Shown piece after piece: positions 49,449-60,514 of a DNA stretch of 64,000 nt; the stretch's first letter is position 1, and the number at the start of each line of letters is the position of its first letter. The translations under genes and the position numbers were made by a program. Location: NCBI GenBank assembly GCA_038824035.1, contig JAWBBW010000007.1:1-64000 (forward strand), in the 5' to 3' direction. This DNA is from Desulfurococcaceae archaeon. Its GTDB lineage: Archaea > Thermoproteota > Thermoprotei_A > Sulfolobales > Desulfurococcaceae. The notes under the pieces are model-generated. The model had not been told where the DNA came from and ran no database searches. It worked only from the letters and a program-made list of their open reading frames with translations.

Positions 49449-50642
49449 TCATAACCACAGAAGTATTGGCACGGGCAAGGTCAATATCAATAATATAGCA
49501 TATAGGAGTAGGCATAACTTACACGATGAATCATCGTATTGATTGGCTGCTCCCGGGTGTTTTCCACCACCTGTCATGAAATATAGAAAGAATGATATCA
49601 TGCTTAAGAAGATATAATATCCCCCTCCATACCCTAACATAGACATTGCAAAGCCTATTGCCAGAAGTAATATCGGCGTAGATATCCCGATCACCTTGTA
49701 CCTGTCCTGGCTAAGAACACTTCTTAAGACATGACCCCCATCTAATTGCCCTATCGGAAGTAGGTTCAAGAATGTGACCAAGTATAACACATAGGTTATA
49801 AATAATAATGGATGTATTAATAGTAATTTACCTTCATTAAGATCAGCTCTAAGTAATAGAAGAAGTTCGAATGCCAGTGTTGTGAATGGTAAGAAACCGG
49901 CTTCGCCTCTTTCGACAAGGGTTTTTGCCATCTCTACTGGAATCGAAGGAGAGATTAGAACGCCTATTATGCCTATAACAGTAGCTATTATGAAACCTGT
50001 CAATGGACCTGAAATGCCTAACCTGGCTAGGTCCTTTCTAGATGGGGGGAGGGTTTTCATAAATATAATAGCTCCCAATGTCCCAATGAACCCTAGTTGA
50101 ATGGGAGGCGCTGGGATGAATATAGGGCCTTCTATTCTAACGCCTGATCTCCTACTTATAAGTATATGGCCATATTCATGCAATCCTAGCGCTATGAGAA
50201 ATAGGAAAGTATAACTTATACTGAAAAACATGATCTCGAGTGGTCCATATTCTAATCCTATTATATTTCCTAACCTTGAAAAACTCTCTAAAAGCCCATA
50301 GCCAGTTAAGAACACCGTTATAGTAGTCATTGCCATTAATATCCATTTCCACTTCGAAACACCGATCTTTTGATCTTTTAATGGAGTGATCCTCAGTATT
50401 GGTTTCTCGTGCTTGAATTGCAGTATGGTTAAACTATGAGTCTCTAAGAAATATCTGTAGAGTTTTTTAAACAACTCGTTGTCCAATTGTTTCTCTAGAA
50501 CAAAATCCACTATATCTATTCCTGCTAATCTATACTCCTTATATTCTATGACCGATATCCCAGCTTTCGAAAATTGTTGAAAGATATCGCCTAATTTCTG
50601 GTGTAATGAGTTTTCCGACTGGTATAAGTTCGTAACCTTCAC
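49449..50642 (-). CDS. Site-2 protease (M50 family)
   Basis: HEYGH, GISGP, NLLPIGQLDGGH; start uncertain because it overlaps rpoK. Confidence 0.9.
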   Translation of the reverse strand: MKVTNLYQSENSLHQKLGDIFQQFSKAGISVIEYKEYRLAGIDIVDFVLEKQLDNELFKKLYRYFLETHSLTILQFKHEKPILRITPLKDQKIGVSKWKWILMAMTTITVFLTGYGLLESFSRLGNIIGLEYGPLEIMFFSISYTFLFLIALGLHEYGHILISRRSGVRIEGPIFIPAPPIQLGFIGTLGAIIFMKTLPPSRKDLARLGISGPLTGFIIATVIGIIGVLISPSIPVEMAKTLVERGEAGFLPFTTLAFELLLLLRADLNEGKLLLIHPLLFITYVLYLVTFLNLLPIGQLDGGHVLRSVLSQDRYKVIGISTPILLLAIGFAMSMLGYGGGYYIFLSMISFFLYFMTGGGKHPGAANQYDDSSCKLCLLLYAILLILTLPVPILLWL

Positions 50643-50865
50643 CTTCTCCTTTTCTTCTCAATATAGACATTGGTAACACATTATTTAATAATTCATAAAT
50701 CGCTATGTAAATCGGGTCTTTTACTTGTATATCATTGATATTGACAAGCGGTGGAGCGCCCATTGCCAATTGCAAGGCCCTAGCTCCGATCACCCTGGCT
50801 ATCTCGTACTTGGTTAATCTCCGGCCTATTACTCTTTTATAAACACTGGCTAGATCAATACTCAT
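50539..50865 (-). CDS. rpoK: RNA polymerase subunit K (Rpo6)
   Basis: LTKYEIARVIGARALQLAMGAP. Confidence 0.96.
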   Translation of the reverse strand: MSIDLASVYKRVIGRRLTKYEIARVIGARALQLAMGAPPLVNINDIQVKDPIYIAIYELLNNVLPMSILRRKGEGEGYELIPVGKLITPEIRRYLSTIFESWDIGHRI

Positions 50866-50997
50866 AGCCTGAACACCAATGGGATAAATATCTTAATAAA
50901 AGCTCTTATAAACCATTATCAATTTAAAAATAGGACATTAATTAAAATGAAGAACATCGATGACATCTATTTGGGGGTTAAAAATCAATTTTTAGAT

Positions 50998-52659
50998 CTA
51001 GAACTCCATCCCCTTGAACTCTGGTTTCTCCTCTTCCTTTTTCTCCTCTTTCTTCTCCTTTTCTTTCTTCATCGGACTAGCGGCAATAATATCATCAATC
51101 TTCAATATCGTTAAGGCCGCCTCTGCCGCCGTCTTGATCATCGCTTCTTTGACAAGCAAGGGCTCTATAACGTTTTCGCTAATCATATCCATCATTACTT
51201 CTCCTTTAACAACATCTATACCTGCTCCATGTTTACCTTCTGTGTGGAGTTGTCTAAGCTTCATCAATACCTCTAATGGATCTTTACCACATGATGTAGC
51301 TAGTATCATGGGTATTTCCTCTAATGCTGCAGCGAACGCCTCTATTGCCAATTGCTCCTTACCACCAATTTTTGATGCAAATTCTCGGAGTTTTACAGCG
51401 ACCTCTATCTCGGCTGCTCCACCTCCAGGGACGATCTTTGGCACTCTCATAACGTTTCTCAGTACGTTTAAAGCATCTTTTAGACTTCTCTCTATCTCGT
51501 CCAATACCATATCACTCGCTCCACGCACTAATATCGTAACTGCCTTGGGATTCTTACATCCCTCTATGAACACCATTTTATCGTTACCAACCTTTCTCTC
51601 TTCTACTACCTTAGCGTATCCCAGGTCTTCTGGCTTTAAATCCCTTACACTGCTGACTATTCTTCCTCCTGTTGCTCTTTCTAGTTTTTCGAGATCGCTT
51701 CTTTTAACTCTCCTAACGGCTAGAATACCTTTCTTAGCTAGGAAATGCTGAGCAACCTCATCAATACCCTTCTGGCAAACAACAACATTAGCACCAACCC
51801 CAGCTATCTTGTCAACCATTTCCTTTAATATCTTGGCCTCCTCGTCTAGGAAAGCCTTTATCATATCTGGACTCGTGATATTGATCTTGGCCGTGATCTC
51901 TGGTTTCTCAACCTCTAATGCGGCATCTAGTAAGGCTATTTTAGCATCTTCAACTCTTCTTGGCATGCCTGGATGTACTACTTCCTTGTCAATCACTATA
52001 CCATACACGAGCTGTGTATCTAGGACATTACCTCCTTTCTTCTTCTCAATTTTAACGTCATCAACTCTAAAATCATAAGTGCCATCTGGCTTCTTCTCAG
52101 CAACTGCTAGTGCAGCATCAATGGCTATGTCAGTCAATTTCTTGGATACAATCTCACCTCCTATATATTTGCTCGCTATAGCCGTGCCCACAACTCTTCG
52201 CAACATATCTCTATCGTTTATATCAACATCTATCGCAGACTCTTTCAATATCTTAATAGCCTCTTTCAATGCCTTTGTATATCCCTCTATGATTATACTT
52301 GGATGTATATTTTGATCCAGTAGTTCCTCTGCCTTATTTAATAAAGCCCCTGCCAACACTACTGCACTTGTTGTTCCATCCCCCACTTCTGCATCCTGAG
52401 CCTTCGCGACCTCGACCAATAGCTTCGCAGCTGGATGTTGAACCTCCATTTCCTTAACAATAGTGGCGCCATCATTTGTTACTGTGACGTCTCCAAAGCT
52501 GTCCACAAGCATTTTGTCTAGTCCACGAGGCCCTAAGCTTGTTTTCAAAGCCTCAGCCAGAGCTCGTGCTGCTGCTATGTTAGCCCTTAACGCCTCTCTT
52601 CCCACAGTTCTTCTAGTGCCTTCTTTCAATATTAACACAGGTATACCATATAACGCCAT
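50998..52659 (-). CDS. ths: Thermosome (group II chaperonin) subunit
   Basis: [13 protein letters not shown]-x-DKM, TNDGAT, GDGTT, GGGAAE. Confidence 0.97.
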   Translation of the reverse strand: MALYGIPVLILKEGTRRTVGREALRANIAAARALAEALKTSLGPRGLDKMLVDSFGDVTVTNDGATIVKEMEVQHPAAKLLVEVAKAQDAEVGDGTTSAVVLAGALLNKAEELLDQNIHPSIIIEGYTKALKEAIKILKESAIDVDINDRDMLRRVVGTAIASKYIGGEIVSKKLTDIAIDAALAVAEKKPDGTYDFRVDDVKIEKKKGGNVLDTQLVYGIVIDKEVVHPGMPRRVEDAKIALLDAALEVEKPEITAKINITSPDMIKAFLDEEAKILKEMVDKIAGVGANVVVCQKGIDEVAQHFLAKKGILAVRRVKRSDLEKLERATGGRIVSSVRDLKPEDLGYAKVVEERKVGNDKMVFIEGCKNPKAVTILVRGASDMVLDEIERSLKDALNVLRNVMRVPKIVPGGGAAEIEVAVKLREFASKIGGKEQLAIEAFAAALEEIPMILATSCGKDPLEVLMKLRQLHTEGKHGAGIDVVKGEVMMDMISENVIEPLLVKEAMIKTAAEAALTILKIDDIIAASPMKKEKEKKEEKKEEEKPEFKGMEF

Positions 52660-52832
52660 ATTCACACCTCATGAATTCGTTTTATGATATTAAGACGGGT
52701 TCTATATAAATTTTTTCTACATGTCTGATTAAAAATTTTACAAGAACATAATTGGGGGTTCCATCACTAATTAATAAATATCCTTAATTAGGTAAAAATA
52801 ATCAGATAACGGAACAGCTCGAGGTATCAGAG

Positions 52833-53180
52833 TTGTATGAATTGAGATCGAGAGAAGAATTCATAAGAGCCTTGATAGGCAATGAAGTCGTCTTCATAGA
52901 GTTCTATGAGCCCGGTAATAAAGAGAGTGAGATCTTCAGTGAAGCGGTAAAGAGACTTGAAAAAACAATAGATCCCAGTATTTTGGTTTGTCGTATTAAT
53001 ATAAAGGAACACCCAGAAATAGTTGAATACAATGGGGTTCCATCACTAAGGGTGTATTATAATAGAAACGCTGTTTTCGAACAAATAGGAGGATTAAGCA
53101 CAATCGAGCTTAATTTATCCGTCCTGAGAAGAGGTATTAGAGAGGTATTCAAAATGTATAATATAAAGCTAAGAGTTTAA
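52833..53180 (+). CDS. Thioredoxin-fold protein lacking CxxC
   Basis: VVFIEFYEPG-NKES...INIKEHPE...GVPSL-x-YY-x-R...GG pattern, with the cis-Pro motif retained. Confidence 0.7.
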   Translation: MYELRSREEFIRALIGNEVVFIEFYEPGNKESEIFSEAVKRLEKTIDPSILVCRINIKEHPEIVEYNGVPSLRVYYNRNAVFEQIGGLSTIELNLSVLRRGIREVFKMYNIKLRV

Positions 53181-54040
53181 ACTTCCATATCCCTTGAATT
53201 AATCTCCTCAATTATTGCTGAGACTTCGCTCTTTCCCAAATAAACTGTGTATAGAATAGTGTTCTCGATACGAGCTCTCGAGGAGCGAGGGCTGTAAACG
53301 CCTTTTTCACCGACTAGGATATATCCCAGTTGTAATACATCTCTTAACTCGGCTACACTAGCTATTTTCACATATGTCTTGAACTTCTCTTCGAAACCAA
53401 GTGCACTTTTAATGTACGAATCTGTTACAACGTGGCCACATATTATGCAATGATTATCTGGGGATATTGCCTTGAATCCGCATCTAGGGCATTGCACAAA
53501 TCCTCTGGGGCCATGTTTCTCCCACACATATCTTAGGACCATCATTAGGTCCTCTCTATTGTTAAGTAACACCAATTTATACAATCTGTTAATCTCTGGT
53601 ATGATGGCTTTCCCCCCATTATATATTATGAACTCCAATTGCCTCGGAGTAGGCTTCTCCACGTGCTCAAGTATCTTGGAAACTATGAGTTCATATATCA
53701 TGTCTCTGTTCCTGCGTATTCTCCTTATAACGGTCTCTAAATCAGGCTTACTGCTATAGCCAGATGTAACGGTCTCCAGGACATCCCTTATAATGACTCT
53801 GGCGAGATCCTCGCTTATGTCTACTTCTTCTCCAATTCCAAGATATGTTTTTAAATAACCATACATCTTATCGAGGAGTTCATCTATATTGATTTCTCGT
53901 GTTTTCTTCCTAGTACGTGGTTCACGTTGTTCCCTTTTATGTAATTCTGCTTGTTTTACATGAGGACTGGTTTTATCAACTCCTTTTTTCTTCGAAGAGG
54001 ATTTATCGGCTTTAGCAACAGTTTTAGTTTTCCTTGGAAT
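53177..54040 (-). CDS. Hypothetical protein with zinc ribbon and basic N-terminal extension (possible ATT start)
   Basis: Frame stays open 58 codons upstream of ATG 53866; CPRCG...CIICG ribbon. Confidence 0.7.
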   Translation of the reverse strand: MPRKTKTVAKADKSSSKKKGVDKTSPHVKQAELHKREQREPRTRKKTREINIDELLDKMYGYLKTYLGIGEEVDISEDLARVIIRDVLETVTSGYSSKPDLETVIRRIRRNRDMIYELIVSKILEHVEKPTPRQLEFIIYNGGKAIIPEINRLYKLVLLNNREDLMMVLRYVWEKHGPRGFVQCPRCGFKAISPDNHCIICGHVVTDSYIKSALGFEEKFKTYVKIASVAELRDVLQLGYILVGEKGVYSPRSSRARIENTILYTVYLGKSEVSAIIEEINSRDMEV

Positions 54041-54048
54041 CTCTATCT

Positions 54049-54067
54049 CCCTCTATAAAGTAGAGGG
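54049..54067 (-). promoter_or_regulatory. Perfect 7-bp hairpin covering the Shine-Dalgarno of the downstream gene
   Basis: CCCTCTA-CTTTA-TAGAGGG on the minus strand; GAGGGAG lies 6 nt before ATT. Confidence 0.5.
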
Positions 54068-54083
54068 CAGGCAACGTATATAG

Positions 54084-54407
54084 TTATCCCAGTATTGTGG
54101 CATAACTTTCCACGTCCTCCTTATCCTCTAAGGCTTTTGCTATCAGATAACTTAGTATTAATTTAGCAAAGGATTTTCTCTCGCGTAATCTGATTAAATA
54201 ATTGGCTATATCATCTATGGTTGCATTATTCTTGAAAACTTCTTTCTTGATCTCCTTAGCGATCGTATACAGGATTTTCTCATATGTTACATCATCGTCT
54301 ACTTTACTACTGTAGTATTTACTTATCAATTCATCGACTATATCACCTACAATTTCATCCACGTATTCGACAACTCTGTACCGGTATTGCTTAGCCATTC
54401 TTGGCAC
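54084..54407 (-). CDS. Hypothetical protein
   Basis: 107-aa helical ORF within a co-oriented run. Confidence 0.7.
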   Translation of the reverse strand: MPRMAKQYRYRVVEYVDEIVGDIVDELISKYYSSKVDDDVTYEKILYTIAKEIKKEVFKNNATIDDIANYLIRLRERKSFAKLILSYLIAKALEDKEDVESYATILG

Positions 54408-54451
54408 CTGTTTCCTACATAAATCCTTAGAGGCTTAAAAATGAATTTCTA

Positions 54452-55390
54452 TTAATCAAAACCACCAATAGGCTTTACGAGATGCCTGACTAATTTGTAA
54501 TCACCTGTGTATGAATCCCGGTTATATTCAATCATACCAGCATATGAAAGCCCATATACAAGTGGCGAGGTAAAAACCGTGTAGACTTTATTACCATGAG
54601 AAGTCGATATTCCATTAACTGCCTCATGTCCTCTAATCACATATTTGCCATTTATTAGTCTCAAAGCCTTTTCTGTTACTTTGAGTCCATATAATACACC
54701 AGCACCGCGAGGAGAAGGAGCGTGATCTATGTCTAGATCTATTGGATCGCTCCATAGGATGATCTCCAGTTCTTTCCCTGGCATAGATTCCCTGTCCACG
54801 TAAAACGCATCCCTCCACGTATTTGCATTGATAATAGATAGAGGTGGCCCGCCATGCACGCTTATGAAATGTCCTTCCAAGATACACGCTAAGGTAAGCT
54901 CATTGAAAAATTTTAGAGAGAGTTCATATAGCTCTCTCCAGGCACTCCCGTATCTTGACCTCAATGTATCAGGGTAATCATGAGGATATGGTATTAACCA
55001 CTTAGCTGGCTCGTGATTACCTCTCATAAGCACGACTTGATCCCTTAGTTCATTCTTCAATGTTAACACAAGCGATAGTGTTTCCAGCTGCATATAGCCG
55101 CGATCAATATAGTCTCCGAGAAAAATTACAAAATAGCCTTCATTTAATTTCTCCCACATCATCTTTAATACGCTTAATAACCCGTAGAAATCTCCATGAA
55201 TATCCCCTATGAAGAAATACCCATCGTTTTCACCTAGCTCTATAATCCCTGGCTTATAGTATTTGCTATTGCGAGGTGGTGTTTTTACAATATCCATAGA
55301 TTGCTCTAATAATAACTTGAAATCCGATGCTGTCGTGATCATAGCCTTTGATTCTCTGACCATGTTTTCAAGCTTTTCCAACAAATACAC
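54452..55390 (-). CDS. PPP-family Ser/Thr protein phosphatase
   Basis: GDIHG, GDYIDRG, RGNHE, HGG, LWSDP, RGHE. Confidence 0.93.
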   Translation of the reverse strand: MYLLEKLENMVRESKAMITTASDFKLLLEQSMDIVKTPPRNSKYYKPGIIELGENDGYFFIGDIHGDFYGLLSVLKMMWEKLNEGYFVIFLGDYIDRGYMQLETLSLVLTLKNELRDQVVLMRGNHEPAKWLIPYPHDYPDTLRSRYGSAWRELYELSLKFFNELTLACILEGHFISVHGGPPLSIINANTWRDAFYVDRESMPGKELEIILWSDPIDLDIDHAPSPRGAGVLYGLKVTEKALRLINGKYVIRGHEAVNGISTSHGNKVYTVFTSPLVYGLSYAGMIEYNRDSYTGDYKLVRHLVKPIGGFD

Positions 55391-55398
55391 CTTGATTA

Positions 55399-56328
55399 TT
55401 AGAAATATATAGCTAGAACCGGGTAAAATATATACGAAGAGTCCTCTACATATCTGTGCATATATATAGGATCGTAGAGATATGATAAATTACCCCATCC
55501 ATGAACCAGGGCAATGCACGGAGACCTATTTATTAAATTCACCTGATCTATTCCTATTAGAATACCGCTATGGATTAATTCATTTAATAATTTCTCTAAA
55601 CCACTTATACCTGGGTTTATTGTGAACAATATCACGTATTCCCCACCACCTCTTAAGACCAGGCGTCGATGGAGCAGTTTATGTATATGCCTATAATAAT
55701 GATGATGGAGATTTGATATGCCAAGTCTTTTGCTTAAAATACTTAGCAGATCATTGACCTTCCAATTCCCTAATGTACATGGATTAAACAGCCTGAACAT
55801 GTCTATTAAAATCAATTCATCTATTTCATCTAATTTATCTAAACCAGGTATATTGACCGTTTTATATAGCTCGATCCCCTTTTCCTCAATTCTCTCAAAT
55901 GGTATTAACACATCTAATACCTTACCATAGAATAATATTCTGCATATAGATGTGTTAACGTTCGAATCTATATCATCTGCCTTTAGCTCCTCATTTATAT
56001 AATGAATTTCCACAGGTCTACCGGCGAACGAAAAATACGTGATTATCCGACGTAAACCGCTATGAACACATTTCTCGGGACATTTTTGACGGTATTCAAC
56101 AACTAGGACTGTAGGCGGGGGTCTTAATCTATCGATAAATATTGATAAATACTTAGAAACTATTCCCTTCTCCACTAGCCTATTTAATATCCTGGATATA
56201 TTGGAAACACTATATCCAAGGGCCTCGCTTATCTCCATTAAGTTATGTCCTAGGTTAAACATGGCTATTAGTTTATATATTGTATCACTTATTTCACCTG
56301 CATTATCTTTCATTACGTATTCCCTCAA
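55399..56328 (-). CDS. HTH-domain protein
   Basis: N-terminal LMEISEALGYSVSNISRILNRL-x-EKG wHTH. Confidence 0.7.
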   Translation of the reverse strand: MREYVMKDNAGEISDTIYKLIAMFNLGHNLMEISEALGYSVSNISRILNRLVEKGIVSKYLSIFIDRLRPPPTVLVVEYRQKCPEKCVHSGLRRIITYFSFAGRPVEIHYINEELKADDIDSNVNTSICRILFYGKVLDVLIPFERIEEKGIELYKTVNIPGLDKLDEIDELILIDMFRLFNPCTLGNWKVNDLLSILSKRLGISNLHHHYYRHIHKLLHRRLVLRGGGEYVILFTINPGISGLEKLLNELIHSGILIGIDQVNLINRSPCIALVHGWGNLSYLYDPIYMHRYVEDSSYIFYPVLAIYF

Positions 56329-56650
56329 TTATTTCCAGCACTTTCTTTAAATATTCAATAACCTGTTCTAACATAGCATTGCAAGATATGTACACATGAT
56401 CATCATCTATATCTATTTGACATGATGTTGTTTCCTCGATCTCATCGAGAATTTCTTCGTCGATGCGATCAACTATGATCGCTCTGAGTCTAACGTAATT
56501 ATCAAATATTCTGAGCATTATCCATAAATCTTTGCCAGATTCCTTAATTACAATGGAATCGACAAAGCTATCTCTAAGGCTTCTCTCCCTCACATATTTA
56601 ATTACAGGTGTAAATCCATTACTCCTTATCAAATCCAATATCTTTTCCAC
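56303..56650 (-). CDS. Hypothetical protein
   Basis: 115-aa ORF co-oriented with and overlapping the next gene. Confidence 0.6.
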   Translation of the reverse strand: MEKILDLIRSNGFTPVIKYVRERSLRDSFVDSIVIKESGKDLWIMLRIFDNYVRLRAIIVDRIDEEILDEIEETTSCQIDIDDDHVYISCNAMLEQVIEYLKKVLEIIEGIRNER

Positions 56651-56653
56651 AGC

Positions 56654-56718
56654 GGGTTCAGTGGCTACCGTTTCTCTTCACCACCTATTTTCTGGAGCGG
56701 CCAAGGTTCAACATCCCC
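56654..56718 (-). ncRNA. Box C/D sRNA 3 of the gatE-downstream array (tRNA G18 guide candidate)
   Basis: C ATGTTGA, guide ACCTTGGCCGCTC, D' CAGA, C' GTGGTGA, D CTGA, terminal GGG/CCC. Confidence 0.78.
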
Positions 56719-56719
56719 T

Positions 56720-56773
56720 TAATCAGCACGCTCGTGCTCTATCACTAGATCAATTAAAAACACTCATCACGTA
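56720..56773 (-). ncRNA. Box C/D sRNA 2 of the array
   Basis: C GTGATGA, D' TTGA, C'-like GTGATAGA, D CTGA. Confidence 0.68.
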
Positions 56774-56784
56774 TTACAGTGAAC

Positions 56785-56842
56785 CACTCGGTCAAATGCC
56801 TTTCAATCATCATTCATCGTCGGGAGTATTCCTCATCGATAT
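56785..56842 (-). ncRNA. Box C/D sRNA 1 of the array
   Basis: C-like TCGATGA, D' ATGA, C' ATGATGA, D CCGA; 15-nt guides. Confidence 0.68.
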
Positions 56843-56846
56843 TTAA

Positions 56847-58766
56847 CTATATGCCGAGAAGGTCTTTTAACTTATTTCTAACACGTTCTGCTACAATCCC
56901 CCCATCTATTTTACCTCTTACTGTTTTCATTACTTCGCTCATTACTATTGGAAATGCCTTATCTCTCTTAGCTAGTAGTTTCTCTTTGTTATTGCTTATG
57001 ATATTTGTGATCAATTCGTCTAATTCATCAATGGTTATTCTACCAAAGCCCATTTTCTCTACTAATTGTTTTATACTCATCTCAGGGTTTTTGCAAACAT
57101 ACGTTAACAAGTTTATGACGGCTTCTTTTGCTATAACCCCGTCTGCCAAATATTTAACAACCTCTTCTATTACATCATCTCTTAAATCATCCACAGGCAA
57201 TCCCTCTCTTCTAAGTGATGGTATTGTATTAACCAGTATCGACGCTATGACGGTGTATGGCACTTTACCACCGTATTTCTCGGCCAGTTTTTCATACAGA
57301 TCAAGTCTAATGTCATTGATCAAGAGCTCTGCCAACTCCCTGCTCAAGCCATGTTTTCGCATAAATTTCTCCAATTTAGCTTCCGGATGTTCTGGTAAAT
57401 ACTTGGAAGCCTTTCTAATTAAGTCATCAGTGATCAGCACTGGCGGTATATCTGTCTCGGGATACATCCTGGCTGCACCTGGACGCGGCCTCATATATCT
57501 CGTTGTACCATCTGGGTTGGCAGCCCTTGTTTCCTCTGGTATTCCTATAACAGCGTATCTAGCTCTTTCGAGTGCTGCCAGGAGTGCTGCCTCAGCCTTT
57601 TGCCTAACGTCGGCAACTATGAGTATGGCGTCAGCAGTGGGGTCTCCACCAAGCTCATTATATAACTTGGCTACTTCGTGCTCGGTAATACCATATCCAG
57701 GCAATTCATCTGTGTGAAAAATCCCTCCTACTCCTCCCCAAACCTTGGCATAATCGCTTAATTCCGTGCCAAATCTACGTTGTGGTTGTATTTCTTTGCC
57801 TAGAAGGCCTCTAAAGCCCGGTAAGAGGGCTGCATATACACCGCCATTCTCGATGGAAAGAGCCCTTTTAATTATCTTTGAAGAAGTATTGGAAAATACC
57901 TTGCTAACGTCATATATGTTTGTTTCTATGTTTTCCAACTTAACTCCACGTTCTAACAGGTAGTCTCTGATCTCCAGTAATCTCAATTGCCTCATCACTT
58001 CGTACTCGATCACTTTTGGTATTAAATAAAGATGTTGAATTCCCTTGATCTCGATTTTTGCGCCTCCTCGAATACTTATATTGAGATCTTGCCTAATACT
58101 GCCAAGACCTCGCTTCGTCTTACCTGTCAACTTAGCTAATTGACCTATTCTAAGCGCCACTTTATACGCTAACTCTGGGCTATCTATATCAGGGGCTGTG
58201 GCTATTTCCACCAATGGTATTCCTAATCTATCTATATTGTACTCTATGGATTCTTCTTTTTCCGCAATTTTCCTTGCCGCATCCTCTTCTAGACAAAGTG
58301 TCTGAATACCTATTTTCCTACCCTCCACTGTTATATATCCATTGAATGCTATTAATGATGTTCTCTGAAAACCGCTCACATTACTGCCATCGATCACTAT
58401 TTTTCTCATTACCTGTACTTCATCTACTATTTTCATGTTAAGGGATTTAGCGAGCGCTATGGCAACTAAGAGGGATTCTTCATCTAAGGGGTGAGGCGGC
58501 TCTTCATCCGACTCTACTAGGCATGAATATTCTTCTGGCGATACATATTCATATACTTTCCTCTTTTTCCACTCAAGCATAGCGGCTGGATCTACCTCTC
58601 CTATTTCACTTTTAGCCGGTCTCAGATACCTCGTAAATCTAAATCCAGAACTACTCTCTGAGAGCTTGGTAGAGCAGTGGCAAAAGAGCTTTCTATCCGT
58701 GTCAAGTTGTACATGTATTTCTAAGCCTACTTTTAAACCCACAGACTTGTAATCAATATTACTCAT
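56847..58766 (-). CDS. gatE: Glu-tRNA(Gln) amidotransferase subunit E
   Basis: GLKVGLEIH-x-[12 protein letters not shown]-x-[20 protein letters not shown]; ATG 58766. Confidence 0.97.
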   Translation of the reverse strand: MSNIDYKSVGLKVGLEIHVQLDTDRKLFCHCSTKLSESSSGFRFTRYLRPAKSEIGEVDPAAMLEWKKRKVYEYVSPEEYSCLVESDEEPPHPLDEESLLVAIALAKSLNMKIVDEVQVMRKIVIDGSNVSGFQRTSLIAFNGYITVEGRKIGIQTLCLEEDAARKIAEKEESIEYNIDRLGIPLVEIATAPDIDSPELAYKVALRIGQLAKLTGKTKRGLGSIRQDLNISIRGGAKIEIKGIQHLYLIPKVIEYEVMRQLRLLEIRDYLLERGVKLENIETNIYDVSKVFSNTSSKIIKRALSIENGGVYAALLPGFRGLLGKEIQPQRRFGTELSDYAKVWGGVGGIFHTDELPGYGITEHEVAKLYNELGGDPTADAILIVADVRQKAEAALLAALERARYAVIGIPEETRAANPDGTTRYMRPRPGAARMYPETDIPPVLITDDLIRKASKYLPEHPEAKLEKFMRKHGLSRELAELLINDIRLDLYEKLAEKYGGKVPYTVIASILVNTIPSLRREGLPVDDLRDDVIEEVVKYLADGVIAKEAVINLLTYVCKNPEMSIKQLVEKMGFGRITIDELDELITNIISNNKEKLLAKRDKAFPIVMSEVMKTVRGKIDGGIVAERVRNKLKDLLGI

Positions 58767-60120
58767 ACACCCACCTTGGATAGAGGCTTGTGACGTGTCT
58801 TTCATTAATTTCCCCTACCATGTTTTTCAGAAATAATTCCCTTATCTCATCCACGTTCCTCGTAATAGATCCTAAGATCCATGATAGCTTTACGAATGCT
58901 GTCTCAGAGAGCATATCTGAAGCTGGTATTACACCTACTTCTAATAAATATCTCCCTGTGCTATACACATTCAAGTTGACTCTTCCAAAAATGCATTGGC
59001 TGGTCATAACCACTGGTATTTCGCTTTCAATAGCTCTCTTAATAGAGGGTATCACCTTGTTCGCGATATGTCCTAATCCGGTTCCCTCGATCACTATTCC
59101 ATGAAACCCTTTATCAATTAATGTATCTATGATCTCGCTTTGTATGCCTGGGTAAGCCTTGATCATGGCCACTTTCTCGTCGAATTTCGCTTTTAAAATA
59201 GGCGTCTTTGTCTTATCCCTGTACTCCACGATCTTGCCTATGATCTTTATATTCCTGGTTATTGGATCAACTATCGCTATTGGCTTGTCATTCACAGATT
59301 GAAATGCATCTCTGCGACTTGTATGCATTTTCCTCGTCTTAACTCCTCTGTGAACGTATATATACTTATCACTTATGTCTCCATGCATAGATATGACGGA
59401 TTCGGCAAAAGGTGCTTTGCCCGCAACTACGAAGGCCGAAATCAAATTCAACGCTGCATCACTGCTTGGCCTATCACTACTCCTCTGTGCACCGACAAAA
59501 ACCACTGGAACAGGCTTATTGCTTATGGAGAATGCTAACGCAGCGGCTGTGAACGCCATGGTATCTGTTCCATGCGCTATTACAACCCCGTCGATACCAT
59601 TCATCATGTTTTTATATACTTCTGTGCTTATCTTTTCCCAGTGAGCTGGGGTCATATCCTCGCTGAAAACATTCATTATTTCATATGCATCAAAATACGC
59701 GATCTCGCCTAATTCAGGTATCCATTCAATTATCTCACTTGGCTTAAGCACAGGAGTAACCGCCCCTGTCTCGTAATCTACTTTAGATGCTATTGTTCCA
59801 CCAGTGCCTAGTAATACCACCCGGGGTAATTCGGCACGCTTAATATCCATGGGTAGTGTTGACATATACTCTTTCACGTGTTTTTTCGCGATCAATTCAA
59901 TGCTTGCTATTTCGTCGAACCTTATTCCTATGTTATATCCGTTATCTAGTTTTATCACTACAATCGGCCTATCAGCGTATAGTGCTTGCCTGGGCATTAA
60001 AATTCCCTTGATCACTGTACCGTCGTTTAAGCGAATAATGATCTTATCGCCCGGCTCAATACCCAATGACATGAGTGTGTTAGCGATAACACCTCTGTAA
60101 CCGTGATAATATATTTCCAT
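58759..60120 (-). CDS. gatD: Glu-tRNA(Gln) amidotransferase subunit D
   Basis: [44 protein letters not shown]. Confidence 0.97.
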   Translation of the reverse strand: MEIYYHGYRGVIANTLMSLGIEPGDKIIIRLNDGTVIKGILMPRQALYADRPIVVIKLDNGYNIGIRFDEIASIELIAKKHVKEYMSTLPMDIKRAELPRVVLLGTGGTIASKVDYETGAVTPVLKPSEIIEWIPELGEIAYFDAYEIMNVFSEDMTPAHWEKISTEVYKNMMNGIDGVVIAHGTDTMAFTAAALAFSISNKPVPVVFVGAQRSSDRPSSDAALNLISAFVVAGKAPFAESVISMHGDISDKYIYVHRGVKTRKMHTSRRDAFQSVNDKPIAIVDPITRNIKIIGKIVEYRDKTKTPILKAKFDEKVAMIKAYPGIQSEIIDTLIDKGFHGIVIEGTGLGHIANKVIPSIKRAIESEIPVVMTSQCIFGRVNLNVYSTGRYLLEVGVIPASDMLSETAFVKLSWILGSITRNVDEIRELFLKNMVGEINERHVTSLYPRWVYE

Positions 60121-60269
60121 TGAATTACACCGAGTTATTATTTACCTCAAAAGAGGCCATAATATGTTTTCAATAAGTGCTTGAATATAGATTCCTAATC
60201 AAGTTATCCATAAACACTTAGAAAGGACTAATGATCGTTAATCTTGATTTAAAATAACAAACAACGTTT

Positions 60270-60428
60270 CTAAAGAGCCTGCGATTGTGTTTGTTGCACC
60301 ACGAATCTCCTTACATACTCAACTCTATTTCTCATCCTAGGTGGCTTGTTTTTCTTGGGCTTGGGCGGTATTTTAGGTGTTTGACTCCTTACTTTACCTG
60401 CCTTTGTCAATGAACCGTGACTGGGCAT
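60270..60428 (-). CDS. rps30e: 30S ribosomal protein S30e
   Basis: Absent from the ORF track. Manual translation [23 protein letters not shown]...[10 protein letters not shown]. Confidence 0.96.
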   Translation of the reverse strand: MPSHGSLTKAGKVRSQTPKIPPKPKKNKPPRMRNRVEYVRRFVVQQTQSQAL

Positions 60429-60514
60429 GTTCTAAACACCTTCATTAATAATAGAATTCAAGGGATATTTAAATACATGTTTAGTCATTCATATCAGTGA
60501 TTCAAGGTGATTTA

